Positions 65,504 through 78,424 of a stretch of DNA of 248,000 bases are shown in pieces (within the stretch, counting starts at the first letter, position 1; each line of letters begins with the position of its first letter). The notes beneath the pieces were generated by a model that ran no database searches, was not told the DNA's origin, and saw only the letters and a list, made by a program, of their open reading frames with translations. The stretch comes from Wallemia ichthyophaga EXF-994 (taxonomy: Eukaryota > Fungi > Basidiomycota), in contig NW_008806276.1 in the NCBI RefSeq assembly GCF_000400465.1, forward strand, positions 20,001-268,000, given 5' to 3'. The translations under genes were made by a program, and so were the position numbers.

Positions 65504-66112
65504 TTACACCCGGCTATAATGGTATCTGCGAGTGAACTGGAATCTTGCAATCCCTTCAATATCTAGCTTACCTTCGAAAAATAACTGACTACCTCCGCAA
65601 GGACTTTTGCTCAAATCAATAGTCTTATCTGAGTGATCATTAAGTACGGCGTATCCATGCCAACTATCGTCAAACTTTTGCTTTATACATTTAGTAGACC
65701 CCCTCGGTTTCTCGTTTGTTAACTTGTGGTTCATCGCACTTGATATCTTTTCCAAATGTGGATACTTGGTACATGAATTTTCCACGTAGAATTTGTAAGT
65801 GTTGTCTGATATTGCCGTTTCAATCACATTACATCTATATGTATACCAATCATAGATGGCAATGCCACTGTCATACGCAGCTCTCAGACCAAATGACAAG
65901 ATTCCGATAGAGAACCAGATTGGAACCTGATGCGTTGGAGAGCTATTGACAGGCAAATATTTAGGAAAAACCACGCGCATACTTTGAGATATAGAGTAAA
66001 AAATAGAAACATTTTCGAATGTCAAGCATTCATTATGAATGAAGTAGTTAGTGATAAGCTTGAGAAATAATGCTGCGCAATTGATGGCTATGACTTTGTG
66101 AATCGTTACCAT
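65504..66112 (-). CDS. Putative killer-toxin-like protein, copy C, with chimeric C-terminus
   Basis: B-type sequence; ends FQFTRRYHYSRV, read from the antisense permease fragment. Confidence 0.45.
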   Translation of the reverse strand: MVTIHKVIAINCAALFLKLITNYFIHNECLTFENVSIFYSISQSMRVVFPKYLPVNSSPTHQVPIWFSIGILSFGLRAAYDSGIAIYDWYTYRCNVIETAISDNTYKFYVENSCTKYPHLEKISSAMNHKLTNEKPRGSTKCIKQKFDDSWHGYAVLNDHSDKTIDLSKSPCGGSQLFFEGKLDIEGIARFQFTRRYHYSRV

Positions 66113-67252
66113 ATGATGAGAGTTGAGAGGATAGGACGCGACAGTGGATAGGCTGCTCGAAAGATTTCAATAATGATAACATTTCGTCTTTGACATTAAT
66201 TCTGATTACTTACTGAACACCCACTTCCAACTCCCAAACCTCTAGATGAGACGCTTCAATTTTAAACTTAGAATTCCATAAACCGTAATTGTTTATTCAA
66301 TTTACTTGAAGCTCCTCCGGCTGAAACTTTGTGTCATTTTGTCTACGACAACAGGAAACGCCCAATATTGAGACAATGACGCATTAAAGTACACGCCTTT
66401 TTATTTGTTTACAAGCTTCAGCCGAATCACTTGGCAGTTTCATTAAATGACGAGATGTGATGATAGAAGTGAGAAACATCAGCCCAGCTGGCTTTATAAG
66501 AAGCGCTATATCTTTCTTTCTTCTTCACAACTAAGAAAATTGAAATGTACTTCAACAACGTCAAAGCTCTCGCCGTTCTCGCCTTTACTAGCGCCATCGT
66601 ATTAGTAGCCGCTGCACCTAACCCAGCTGGCAACATCTCGTATCGCGGAGATGTAGGAGATGTCGGTCACAAGAATGAAAACTCTGAAAAGGGTGTGGAT
66701 GCCAAGAACAACGATAATTACGACAAATACGATAAGCAAGACAAGGAATCTCACGAAGAGGCGCTCAAGAAGCACAGCAAAGAGGTCGAAAAGCAGAAAA
66801 TGCTGACGAAAGAAGCTGCCGAAAAGAACAAAGCAAATGACAAGGTTGGTAATGACGAAGCTTGCTGAAAATTGGCTTACACAGTAATAGAACCAGAAGA
66901 CAGACGAGTACTGGAAGGGTGAGAAGAAAGATGACAACACGTACGACAACAAGTCTGGTAATAAGAAGCAAGACAATCAGTACGACACCAGTAAGAAACA
67001 AGATTCTGGCAAGCACGATACCGACATGAAACAAGAGCACTACAACGACAAAAAGCAAGACAATCACTACGACACCAGTAAGAAACAAGATTCTGGCAAG
67101 CACGATACCGACATGAAACAAGAACACGACAACGACAAGAAGCAAGACAATCACTACGATACCGACAAGAAAGACTAAGCTTCGATTGTTTGTTAAGCTT
67201 ATTGTACACTGTGTTCATACATGATTCTATCATTGAACAAAGATATTAATTT
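65533..67252. repeat. Segmental duplication copy C (toxin-like gene plus repeat protein)
   Basis: Matches about 60515-63010 with fewer tandem units. Confidence 0.93.
66545..67178 (+). CDS. Secreted hydrophilic repeat protein, copy C (1 full repeat)
   Basis: Same structure as copies A and B. Confidence 0.8.
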
Positions 67253-68329
67253 TAGTATCGATAAGAACCTGCTTATCAAATAAATCTTCACATTTCCGAT
67301 GTATGAACCTCCCACCTGCGCAGTGATATCTGAGTTATCTATTCTCTAGGATGATTTGGGTGGCAGGTTTGAAGCTATTGAGTATTGCGCTAAGTCTGAG
67401 ATCAGTTTTACCATTCTGAAGCATTTGTTTGTCTGACAATCGGTGTTGATAAATCCTCGTTCATGTGAATCTCAATCCTGCGAATTAAAATCCATGCCAG
67501 TCAATGGAACGAAGGGAGCTCAGCCAACAGCTTTCTGTACACCACAAGCTGTACTTTATTATTGCAATTCCGACAGCGGGGCATTTCACCATCAACGCGC
67601 GTCTTATTATCGTTAAGCCTAACTATCACAGTCATTCTATCCAGACTCAGCTCATCAATATCACCCTTCACGAATTGGTCATGGATTAGCCCAATGAAGA
67701 ATTCTATCTCAGATATATGGCACCGATAGTGTAAAAACGGTAAAAAAATAGTCAAAAGCGAATGTTGCGCTAATGTGTATCGAAAAAGTTGCAACATTGT
67801 ATCGCATGTTATAAATCACAATCACGTTTGAGATTGTGTCAAGTGATGCCACTTTAATAGCATCAAGAATTATACATGGAAATTATGTTGGTAGAATGAA
67901 GTACAAAACGAGAATGCTCTACTTATTTTACTTAAATTTGGAAAATTTAAAATCCGAAACACTGAGACGAGGCAACCAATTTCCGAAATGGTAATCGCCG
68001 AAGGAAGACGAATAAGGAAATGAGCGATTCAATGAGCGGCGGAAGTCCTTCTTTAGCTCCACCATCAAGCTCATGCTCAAAGACAACAAGTGCAAGGTTG
68101 AGCAGGAAAGGGAGAGTCCGCCGCCATACTGCAGTATCTCAGAGTACAAACATATGCTGAGGGTGAAAGCGGAGATGATCAGTCCTGTGAAGCTTGTGGA
68201 CAAAATTCCGACTAATATGAAGTACGTAGTGTACATCTATGGCAATGAGGCTAATGAGGCTTGCTAGTAGTACATGTAATGCGAATATATAATACAACGC
68301 CATCTATAATCAATCTACTCCGGCTCGTT

Positions 68330-69689
68330 ACCGGGAGAGAGATACTGCAGCTCTAATCCAATGCTCTGAACGGGTTTGTGAGGGTTGCTGAGGTCGGCGA
68401 CGAGACCGAGGGAAATGAGGAGGGACTTGAGTCTCCCTGCGTATTGAAGTGCTACTGACTGCAAAGGGAAATTAGTTAGTGTGTCTCAAAACACCCCCTG
68501 ACTCACCTTCTCTGTCGTGATTCTAGCTTTCACGTAGCCCTGAATGGGGTCTTTCTCGTCTATGGCTGTAGAAGCCGACAGAGGGATAGAGTTAACTGCA
68601 TTAGGTTTGAGTTTGAGTTCCTGCGAGTTCTCATCCCAATAAGTGTCATCGTCATTCCTCTCCTGCTCCCTCTCGCCCTCTTCGCTGCGGTGGATGGCCC
68701 ACTCAGCGCCAAGCGTGGTGACGCTCTCGTACGAAAATAGATTGAACTCAAACCGCGATGCCAGTGACAGACCACGCGCCACGGTCGCCGCGTATGTCCC
68801 GCTGAGGTATCCGGTGATGGGGCTGAGGAGTGCAACGAGGACGGTCGGCGGAGAGTGAGTGTCGGGGAGTGTCTGGAAGCGGAGACCTGTTGATACTGCG
68901 AGAGTGTGAGTGGGGTGTACCGTTTTTTAAAAAAAGCTACCCACCACCTGCTGACTTTTCGAGTGCGGATGCGTAGATTTCACCGCCGAGACTGAAATGT
69001 CCTTTGAGACCACCGGAACCATCGTCGTCAGGTTCTTCGTCTATGCGTGCTGTGTGTGGGGTGGATGGGGAGTGGGAGCTTTCGACACCCTTATCAATCA
69101 GACCAAAGTGAAAGAGAGAAGACGCGGATGCCATCCCGTCAGCCACTGAATAGGCCAATTCACTGGCATACTCCCCTTTGTCCTTTTGGTAGGTGATGTA
69201 CATTTCACTTGGCTCGTCGCGGGTTGGCGGGCGGGGATGGGATATGCTGGATACGAGGAGCTGCGAGTGGGGGCTGAGTCTGCGTGTATAGAGGGAATGT
69301 AAGCGTGAGGATGGGAGGTGTAGCTGGCCGTAGAGAAGGTAATGGTTGTGTGTGCTGGTCGGTACCTTTGGGAGGGCAGAAATGTTGAAGTTGTGGACAA
69401 GTGAGTGCAGCGTTGGTTTCTGGCGGGGCAAATCGGTTGAGCTGGCTAGATACGCAAGTGAGCCAGTGAGCGATGGCAGTATAGACAAGCTGCAGCTGCT
69501 AGCGAATGATTGCGTTGGGCATGAGGAGAGTGAGATTGAAAGTGCAGATGGCGGCGCAAAATCGAGAATGGCTGCAGATGCCCTATTTAGATTTGAATAT
69601 TGAGCATCTGGATTCCAATCTGTAGCCATGAAATAGCTGCGTAGAATATATTCAGCGTAATTGATCATGACTGTTGTTAAGAAGAACAA
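68330..69689 (-). CDS. MDM10: Mitochondrial distribution and morphology protein 10
   Basis: ATDWNPDAQYSNL, LLYGQLHLPSSRL, FSLGGEIY, SRFEFNLFSYES. Confidence 0.85.
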
Positions 69690-69691
69690 TC

Positions 69692-71714
69692 ATGAGATGC
69701 CCAATCTGCAGAACGCGGAGATGGACAAAGGATCCTTCGTCTGGGCATGTAATGTGCGTTGAGGGACACATACATGAGGTTATTATGGCGCATCTCTCCA
69801 ACTCCAATCACTTACGTCTCTCAGGGCTTCCGCAACGAGACGCAGGAAGATGGCGCGATAAGGCATCAAGCACAGCAGCGATACATAAAAAAAGGCAGAC
69901 AAGTGCGCAAGAAAGTACTCAAAAGCCATGCTTGTCAGTGCGTACACTAGACTATCCACCTTATCTAATCCCGCTGCAGGGTACTCTGGCGACAAGCTTC
70001 GATTTCTGCATCTTCAAGCCCAGCAGTTGATTCTACGCAGGCAAGTGGAATGTTTGATTGCTATCTGGGGGCTACCCAACGAGTTTGAGGTACGCTGGGT
70101 TGTAAATACCACGCAAACCACGCAAACCACTCACATTCTCTAGATCGTCATACGCGACCTCTGGGCTCTCAGAGTATCCCTCCTCAAAGACCTCGTAGCC
70201 GCTCCTATTGAAATGGCACGCAGGCGGAGCACGCACGAACAAACCGACGACGAGGACGATAAGGAGGACGATAAGGAGGATAGTAAAGAGGACACGAAAC
70301 ACGACGATAAAGAAGAACCCAGCGATAACTCCGATGACGCACTCGAAGACCCCGATGAAATGCTCGGCAATCTCGAAACCCCACCTTCAGACGAAGACAT
70401 GAACCAGCCTCAGACTATGGAGGAGGCACTCGAAGCAGCTAACCGGGTAAAAACGACACGCCGTGTACAAAGTGCAGTGGATGAATTCAGCATGATATGG
70501 CTATTAGCCGTGCTGAATTTGGGATTCTGGACACTCCGCTTGCCCGTCTTCCACCTCGACTTTAAGGCAGCCTTGCAAGACCGGCGTGTGCCATACATGG
70601 ATGCTCTTGCATACCTCCCTGAACCCATCAAAGCGCGTCTCAACCCGAGCTCACGCACGTCTTTCCAAGCAGAGGTGAGCGTTGCCTGGATTTTTAGGTA
70701 GCTCGAAAAAAACACTCACACGCTCTAGACCCTTCCATCTCTGCGCAAAGTACACCGCGCATCTATCTACCTCGCCAGACAGATGCGGGAGCGATACGCG
70801 GTGACGTTCAGTGACTACAACGTGACACCAGTTTTATGGCGCTGCGTACATGATCTTGGTTTGCCACCGACTATGCACACGCTTTGCATGGAGATGGTGC
70901 AGCGCATCGGCATCAGCTTCTCTCTCCTCCCCCACCACCGCATGGGCAAGCGCAGCAAACACAGGAAGGGCGAAGCTTGCGCTCCTGAAATTATTGCTAT
71001 GGCTGTTGTTGTCTCCGTGTGCACCCTCGTGTATAACTTAGACAACGAGGTGACTGACCAGCCCCGAATAAGGAGCCTTCTCGACAAGAACAAGTGGATT
71101 ATGTCGCTAGATAAACACTTCAAACTTTCGGATAGTATCTTGAATGACCAGGTGTAAGTGGGAGTGGGAGTTTAGACAGTCAGTTCATTCATTCTCACAA
71201 ACACCCCACAGGCAAATCATAGACGCTACAGACGAACAGGTAGACGATTTTCTCGATTACATGGAACGGACTGTCCCAGTGGCAGACGAGGACACAATTA
71301 GAAGTGAGTAATGCAGCACACACAGTGCGATTCAAAACCTAACAAACCGCAGCCTGGCCACCGCTAGCCGACGAACTTAGACGCACGGGCGACCCTCACC
71401 GCATACCTGCCGTTAAACAAGACAGTAATTGGTTTCACAGCCTCTACGAAGATCGCATCCCTCTCGACGCATACCCAGCCCAGCCTGAGGCCAACCTGGT
71501 CCGCTCCTACCATACCTCTGATAGAATGGGCGACTATCCCATCCTTTACGACAGACTACTCAAGGCATCCGCTAAGGCCATAGGGGTATCCCATCCAGAG
71601 GAAATTGCTCACACTGTCGAAATGTTTCACAAAAGACTAGGGCTAGCCAGCAAGCAAACCAGTTCGAGGAGAACTAGCGTTGCGTCAGAAGGAGGGATTA
71701 ACATGTACTTTTAA
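69692..71714 (+). CDS. RRN7: RNA polymerase I core factor subunit Rrn7/TAF1B
   Basis: N-terminal zinc ribbon RCPICRTRRW...MCVEGH, LILRRQVECLIAIWGLP. Confidence 0.75.
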
Positions 71715-73586
71715 ACCTACTATTAGGGTGTGTAGTAAGAGTGTAAGATACAAGAAATTGATATTAGACTGTTCAAAAAGAAACAAGACATTGACTGCCG
71801 CAATTGACATATCTCAAAATCTAGTGAGCGTGCTCGACGGTATAAAATGCGCGTTTTCTTTTAGCAGATTCAAGCAATTGGTACTTTTACATGGCCCAAG
71901 CTATCACTATCGCACGTGTACATGTCAGCATGAAACTTTTAGCTGTACAAGACAATAGAACGTCTAGATATTACCACCTATAGTTATTCATTTTAAGCCT
72001 CAAAGGCAACCTGCTAATGACAAAGTGAGTGAGAAGCGATGTATGTCATATACTGATAATTTGAACAATCTAACAAGACCATCAGATTCAAAGCACCTTC
72101 AGCATTCCAAACTTATCTGCAACTTAACCTTCCGATCCATGTACGCCGAGTTGAGTTTCTCCCCTACCACCCACCTCATCTCAAGTGTCTGATTTTCGAC
72201 TTGTGATAATCTCCAAATAAAAAAGCTTGATAAATAGCCCTGAATGAGCTTGACAAATTTCGCCAGATTTATATCCCTGAGGCTCAAACTCATCTCTGTA
72301 GGCTATTCGGAAGCTAACCTAAGTAGACGCCGCTCTGTCTTTTCAAAGCCTTTGTCGATTTTGTCTTCCAGGGCCTGCGCTCGTTTGAGTGATGATTACT
72401 TCAATGTATTTTCATAATCCTCGTTGTTAAAATTATCAATTTCTAGCGCGAGCTTGCTAAGGAGGTTTTCCGTATCTGCCGAACGCCTAAGCTAATTATT
72501 GCTCTACTTGATACCTTTAATTTGTTTGGTTTATTGCACATATTCCAGTATTTCTGCTAGTCAAATGTATCCTTGATAGTCAAGGAAATGGTTGGGTGTC
72601 TCAAATAAGACTGTGTAAATGCATTCAGTGGTTCAACGACCTAATCACACTCAATGATTGAGAGAAAGCGTGAAGCTCTATGCATAAGTGATTATTAGTC
72701 AAGTCTAAATGTATACTCGATAAGCTAAACATTCCATTGAGACACTCTGGCTAATCACCGTGGTATGGATTTATGTTGTAAAACTCATAGAATGTGAAAG
72801 TTTTGAGTCATTTGCGCGACTAAAATGTATCTTATGTGAAAACTTTCCCAATCCACTCACCACGTCCGGCCAGTGCTGGTGTATTCTTTTCCCAAGCTTT
72901 ACAATGTATATGAAATAAAACTTGTTTAGTTGGGGCTCAAAGATACACTCCAACTTTTTACTCCTTTTTTCGCCGATAAAAACACGCGGCGTCTACAAGG
73001 GTGTAAGCGTGATATATGCTGTATACAACCGACATTAATTAGGCGTAGAGGATTAATTTACGTGCAAGCTATTTTTGTGCTATGTGTTATTTGCTATGTG
73101 TGCCGGTTGTGTTGTGTGTTAGTACGTCTTTCGCGACATGCAGCGCGCCTCCATTGTCCAGCACAGGCGGATGTAGATTGTGATCAGGCACCTTATGCAA
73201 TACAAAATAGACCTTGATCATGGCAGGGATGCTTTTGAAGGTGCTTCGAGGAGAAGGACACGTATACTCACGCTATACAACAATATTGGCCATTTTCGAT
73301 CTGGAAATGATTTACTTTGCTTTTGCGAGATAGTGAAAATAAGGGGATAATCCGGCTATCATATAGTGCTTGAAGGTATGTATTAATCTTGATATTAAAC
73401 CCGTATCTATCAATACTGTTTGTGCACCAAGCTAAGCTTATACCAGCAGCTGAGGGGCAATGACGCCCAGCAACATACCAAAAGAAACTAAAAGCTTCAA
73501 TAATAATGCATAGAAGTACAAATAAAGTCATGGCTAAGTGTTCTAGATTAGGCGAGGTAGAACGAGTACAGAGCCAACATCCCCGC

Positions 73587-74036
73587 TTAGATGATAGACA
73601 ATGGAGTGCAGCCTGTGACAAGTTAGAAGGGAAAAGAGTGAAAATTCTCCACTCACCAACACCAACGAGGCCGTCTGATTCCATGTCCTCGCAACAAACT
73701 GGAGTGTTCTTGCACTCGTCTGCAGTGTGTTAGATTTGAGAAGGTGATGAAACCTTTACGAACCCTCTATTGCTACGCCGATCAAAAGAGGGACTTGATC
73801 ACATTGAACACCAACTTGAGATGCAATGTCGCCAGTTGAGATGAGGGCGTCGTTCTTGCCGGTGCTGGATTGAGCCTTCTTGTTAAGGTCACCTTAGCAG
73901 TGTGAGACGGTGTCAATCTACACGTCTCATACTTACAACAACTGATAGTGCCAGTGTTACATGAGCCGGTCTTGGATTCCCAGCCAGCAGAGGCGGCAGC
74001 GATGAGACCAACGGTGAAGACTGTTTGAGCGATCAT
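73587..74036 (-). CDS. Class I hydrophobin
   Basis: Signal peptide plus spliced 8-Cys pattern C-CC-C-C-CC-C (SCNTGTISCC...QCDQ...ECKNTPVCC...GCTP); 3 introns. Confidence 0.88.
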
Positions 74037-74559
74037 TGTGTGAGATGGGAATTTGGAGATGGGGTTGTAGAGAGATTGTGTAGTGCAGCTCTTTATAGCA
74101 GAAGCATTCCTGCACTAAAGTTGTACATACACTAGCGCACTAACGGAAATGTACGCACTAATTTACGTTCGGAATGGAGTTGTGATCTTATGCGAGATGA
74201 GCTTGGAATGTCAGAGATATTGTGTAGTGAAAGTATTGTTTATTTTGTTAAATTTGCACTGGCAACGAAAGCAAGACATCGCTTGTCTTTTTCCCTGCGG
74301 TACTCCCACCTTTCTTGGAACTCGGCTCAATATGCAGTCTAGTGGAAAAAGTACAACGTAAATCTATATGCATGACTAGTGGTATATTTGCGTGCGACGA
74401 GTGAAGGTGTGCGCTTGCGTCCGGCAAGGCACGAGGCGAGGTGAGGCAAATGACATACGACAAACGAGTTGGCGAGAAACCGAGCAGCCAAGCGCTGAAA
74501 AGCATTAAAAACCCTCCTAGACTTTATCTTCCAAGGCACTCTTCTCCTAATACATCCCG

Positions 74560-76747
74560 CTAATCGCCCTTCTGACGCAATTTCTGGCGCAAGTCAGCAA
74601 CTTCAGTCTGAAGGCTGTTTATGAATGGATTGGGTTAGTGAGGAGGCTACCGCACAAGGTAGGGCCCACCTATTAAGCTCATCGAGCATTCCGAGCGACT
74701 TATCCATCTGCATCTGCTTGAAAGCCTGTATATCATCCTCTCTATGTGCGAGCGACAAACGGAGGCTATCAATTTCCCCTGATTTCCTCTGTGCGTCGAG
74801 CTCCTTCTCCATTTGCGTGAGTTCTTCGCGCAGAACTTGGCACTCTTTCCTACTGCAGGGTTGCGTCAACGTGAATGTAACAAAAACACATATGCTCACA
74901 TCTCCCCGTCCTTCTTCGCAGCGTGTGACAAACTGGTCTGTAAATCGACCACCTGCTTCTTGTACGCTTCGAGAGCCATCTTGAAGTCAAGTGCGAGTTT
75001 GTGTGCTTTCTCCGCATTGCTCTGGTGTGAGTGTGGTGTTAGAATGTCAAATGATCTCACATACACTGAAAACTCAACCCACCTTGTACAGATTCGCTGT
75101 CTCAGCATTCAGGAGGATTCGTTCGATGAAGTGGCGGTTATCACTGACGAGAGTCTTTACGCGGGCTGTGAACGCGCTCAGCGAGAAACGGTCAGAGTGG
75201 CGCTCCTTTGAGCGTTGAAGAACCTGCTTGAGAGTTTCTATATCAGGTTGCGAAAGTGTGGGAGAAGTGGAAACGATGAGAGGGTGCGATGGGGAGCGCT
75301 GTGTGATTGGCGACGGTATGGCATTCCACAGCCCCCGTACAACTAGACCTAACGTCTCCGTCGATAGCCTGTCTTCGGTCATTGCAGCGGGTATTGATGT
75401 TGATGTTGATGTCGATGTTGACGTTGACGCTGACGCACCTCTACTATGTCTTTCCTTGCCTTTGTCTTCCACTTTCGTTTTCTCGTTCTCCCGCCCCCTC
75501 AGCTCCTGTTCGTAGGAAGCATTGCTGTCCTTGTAGAAGGTCTGGCTCGCTTGCTGTCTCATTTCTAGCTGACGCTCGAGCATGGAAATGTGCTGCTTAA
75601 ACTCGCTCTCCATGCCTCGCGTTGCATTCCAGTGGTGATCCATATCGCTGCTCTGGCTCTTGAGGGTGTCTTCAAGCTGCTTAGTGTGTTTCTCACCGTT
75701 TGCACACTGTTCGCGCAAGCTAGCCAATTCACCGTGGCAATGAGCTTCGGCCTTTCTAACGCGCGCCAACTCCGCGTCAATAGCCGCTGTAACCGACGAG
75801 AGTGAGTGGAGTGGGTTATGGGGGTCGTGAACGTAAGTTATGCGATGCGCGTCGAGCACACCCCCTAGCGCACCTACGCCCCCTGTTAGCGTATCTCGTG
75901 TTGACACAACTGCGCTAAATTCATCCAAACTGCTTTGTAGACGGCTTTGGAGAGTGTGCGTGTGGTCCGTTTTCTCGATCACTGTGGCGTGCGATCGCTC
76001 AAGTTGCTGCCGTAGTGCCGCATTGGCATGTCTTTCCTCAGCCAGTTGAGCTTGGAGGTGGGATATTTGCGTGTGTGGATGCATGTCACTCTCACTCTCC
76101 ACATCCTCACCTTGATTCTCACCCACACTCTCAAACCGACTTGCGCGGTCATTGTTGGCGTGAAAATGGCTGCTGTGGGGGATAGGCGAGGTGTTTTGTT
76201 TCTGTAGAAGCTGCTTAGACTGGATGAAGCGTGCTAGAACGCCGGCCTGGTGGTGGAGGAGCTGACTCTGGAGGTGAAGGAGTCTAGAGCGATGTCTACT
76301 GAGTACCTTCTCCAAGTTGTCTACTTTTTGGGAGGATTGGGTGAGCTGAGCCGTGTGCTGTGCAGTGTTTAGACCCCCGCTGCCTAGGCTCGAGCTTAAC
76401 GCCTGTAACGCACTCATTACGCTACTCTCCGTCTGCAGCCGCTGTGAGTATAGTTGCGCCTTGTGCGCGACGTGTGCATGCTCCATTTTGACCCACTCCA
76501 ATTCGTCGTCGTCGAGTGCGTCGTAGTTGGAAGCATCAATCACACTCTGTGTCGCTTGCAGGATTTTATGGTAGCCAGCCAGTATATCCCGCTTCGCTGT
76601 GCTCCTGGGGCTGGAGTTGGTTTGAAGGAACGAGGGTGGTGAGCTGGGCGGTGTGGAGATAGCGGAGAATTCCCCATAGCCGATAGCGGCATCGTTGTCG
76701 TAATTGCTGCAATTGTTGCCGTTACCGGCAGAACTCGATGAGCTCAT
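74560..76747 (-). CDS. Coiled-coil protein with Uds1-like (up-regulated during septation) domain
   Basis: DYDALDDDELEWVKMEH, long heptad stretches, several introns. Confidence 0.55.
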
Positions 76748-76924
76748 CTCCGCACTGCGAGGTGTTGGTGGTTAAGGTTCAAGGGGCTGAAGCAGAGGTG
76801 ATGTCAGTAACGCGAACGCGGCCACTAGCAAGCACAACAAGCCTATAGACAGTCTCACAAAGCTTGTCCAGCCGCGCTACTGTAGAATATATCGAAATGA
76901 AAATTTTGTAAGAAATGTCAAAAA

Positions 76925-78271
76925 CTACAACGGCAACTCCACCATAGCCCGTCTGACGCTCTTGACGGGTGGGAATGGGTGTGGTTTGTTTGCTAAGAAA
77001 TCGCTCAGCACAACTTTCTGCTGCTGGTGTGCGATGTAGCCCTTCATGTATCCCTTGAAGATCATCCCTGCGAGCAAACACTCGACTTCTGCAGTCTCAA
77101 TGTACACGCCCGAGACACTGAGCGCGATTCTGAACAAGGCTATATCGATAATTTTAGCTTTCTTGTTGAGAAGCCACACCTTCTTGAATAGACCGCGCAG
77201 GCACACCTCGCGCACCCTCTCGACTACGCCATAGGTACCACTTTCCACTAATCTCCGCTCGCCGTGCACCAGAGCCTCATCGAACTGCTTCACGTTGCCC
77301 GTCTGCAGCGCGTTGACGAAGGGATGGTAGAGTGTGTGCAGGGCGGGGAAGGTACCGAGAAGGTGGGGGGACGGGAGGTCACCCTGCATGAGGCGTAAGG
77401 GGATGAGGTGAGTAAGGATGAGTCTGTGTGTGATGTGTGAGTGTGTATATCGCTGAAAAAACCCACACACACTCTTGATTCCTGTGGTATTTCACAGGCG
77501 TTCTCTCCAACGCATATGTCAAATCCTCGTTACCCTATAGCCACGTAAGACGGGTAAAACCACCTGAGAACTACCCACCTTATCGAATTTGTCGTCGAGG
77601 AAAGCCAAGACACCTGTGTAGTATTTGAAAGTGACTTGGTGGGCTTTAGGGTAAGTGTGGAGCGGCATGAGGTCCTTCATTGCAGCCACAGCTCTGAGGA
77701 TGTTCTTGCAGAGTGACAGAGCGTTTATTTCAAAGTAAGTTTTGAATACGAGGCCAATGACGTAGTATACACCCCACCGCTTGGATTCACGCCCAGCGGA
77801 TTTATGCTGTATGCACGCAGTGAAAGCCTTGTTGAGGAAGCGAGCACATTCGTCTAGGGCATATGGCTTCCGGTGGGTCTGTGTGCATTCCTCGTCTGCC
77901 CTCCTCGCGAGCGTGCGCAGATCCCTGCTGATGGTGTAGAGACACTTGAGGTCGAAGCTGCTACCGTGGGGCTGGAAGAAGCGGATAAACTCCTGCGCGA
78001 GTGTGTGCTGGTGCTGGAACGCGAGTGTGTGGTGTTGGTTGTAGCGTGCATGCACAGCGAAAGCGTGGTACACGCACATGGCGTCGAATGGGCTGCGCTG
78101 GGTGCGTGTGAGCGTCTCGCGCATCCTCCCGTCCAGTCGATCAACCGCGTTGGCCAGATACGCCCGATTCGGGAGATCGACGGCGGAGAAGAGATGGGCG
78201 AGTGAGTCTGCGTCGCTGCGCCGTCTGCTTTCCTTGACAGCTTCCTGGAAATTAATAATTTCTGTGCTCAT
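76925..78271 (-). CDS. PCI-domain protein Csn12/Thp1 (PCID2)
   Basis: SKRWGVYYVIGLVFKTYF, QVTFKYYTG, VECLLAGMIFKGYMKGYI. Confidence 0.85.
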
Positions 78272-78424
78272 GGTCGTTCGAGAGGGAGTACACCGCAACC
78301 ACCACGAGCAGCTACAGCGAGCAGGATGAACACACAGCTGCCATACGCCGTGCAGTTCCAATCGCGGGGAATATCAGTGGGTGGTTAGCGTGTAGTATCC
78401 GCAGAGCACCGCTCACCTGCGTGT

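Larger units (their letters stand above)
58590..65532. repeat. Segmental duplication copy B
   Basis: Near-identical to 46005-52250; ends inside the permease 5' part at gcgagt|gaactgg. Confidence 0.95.

Noticed and set aside
67260-68270. Short ORFs after copy C
   Set aside because: No recognisable domain or consistent splicing; possibly decayed sequence.
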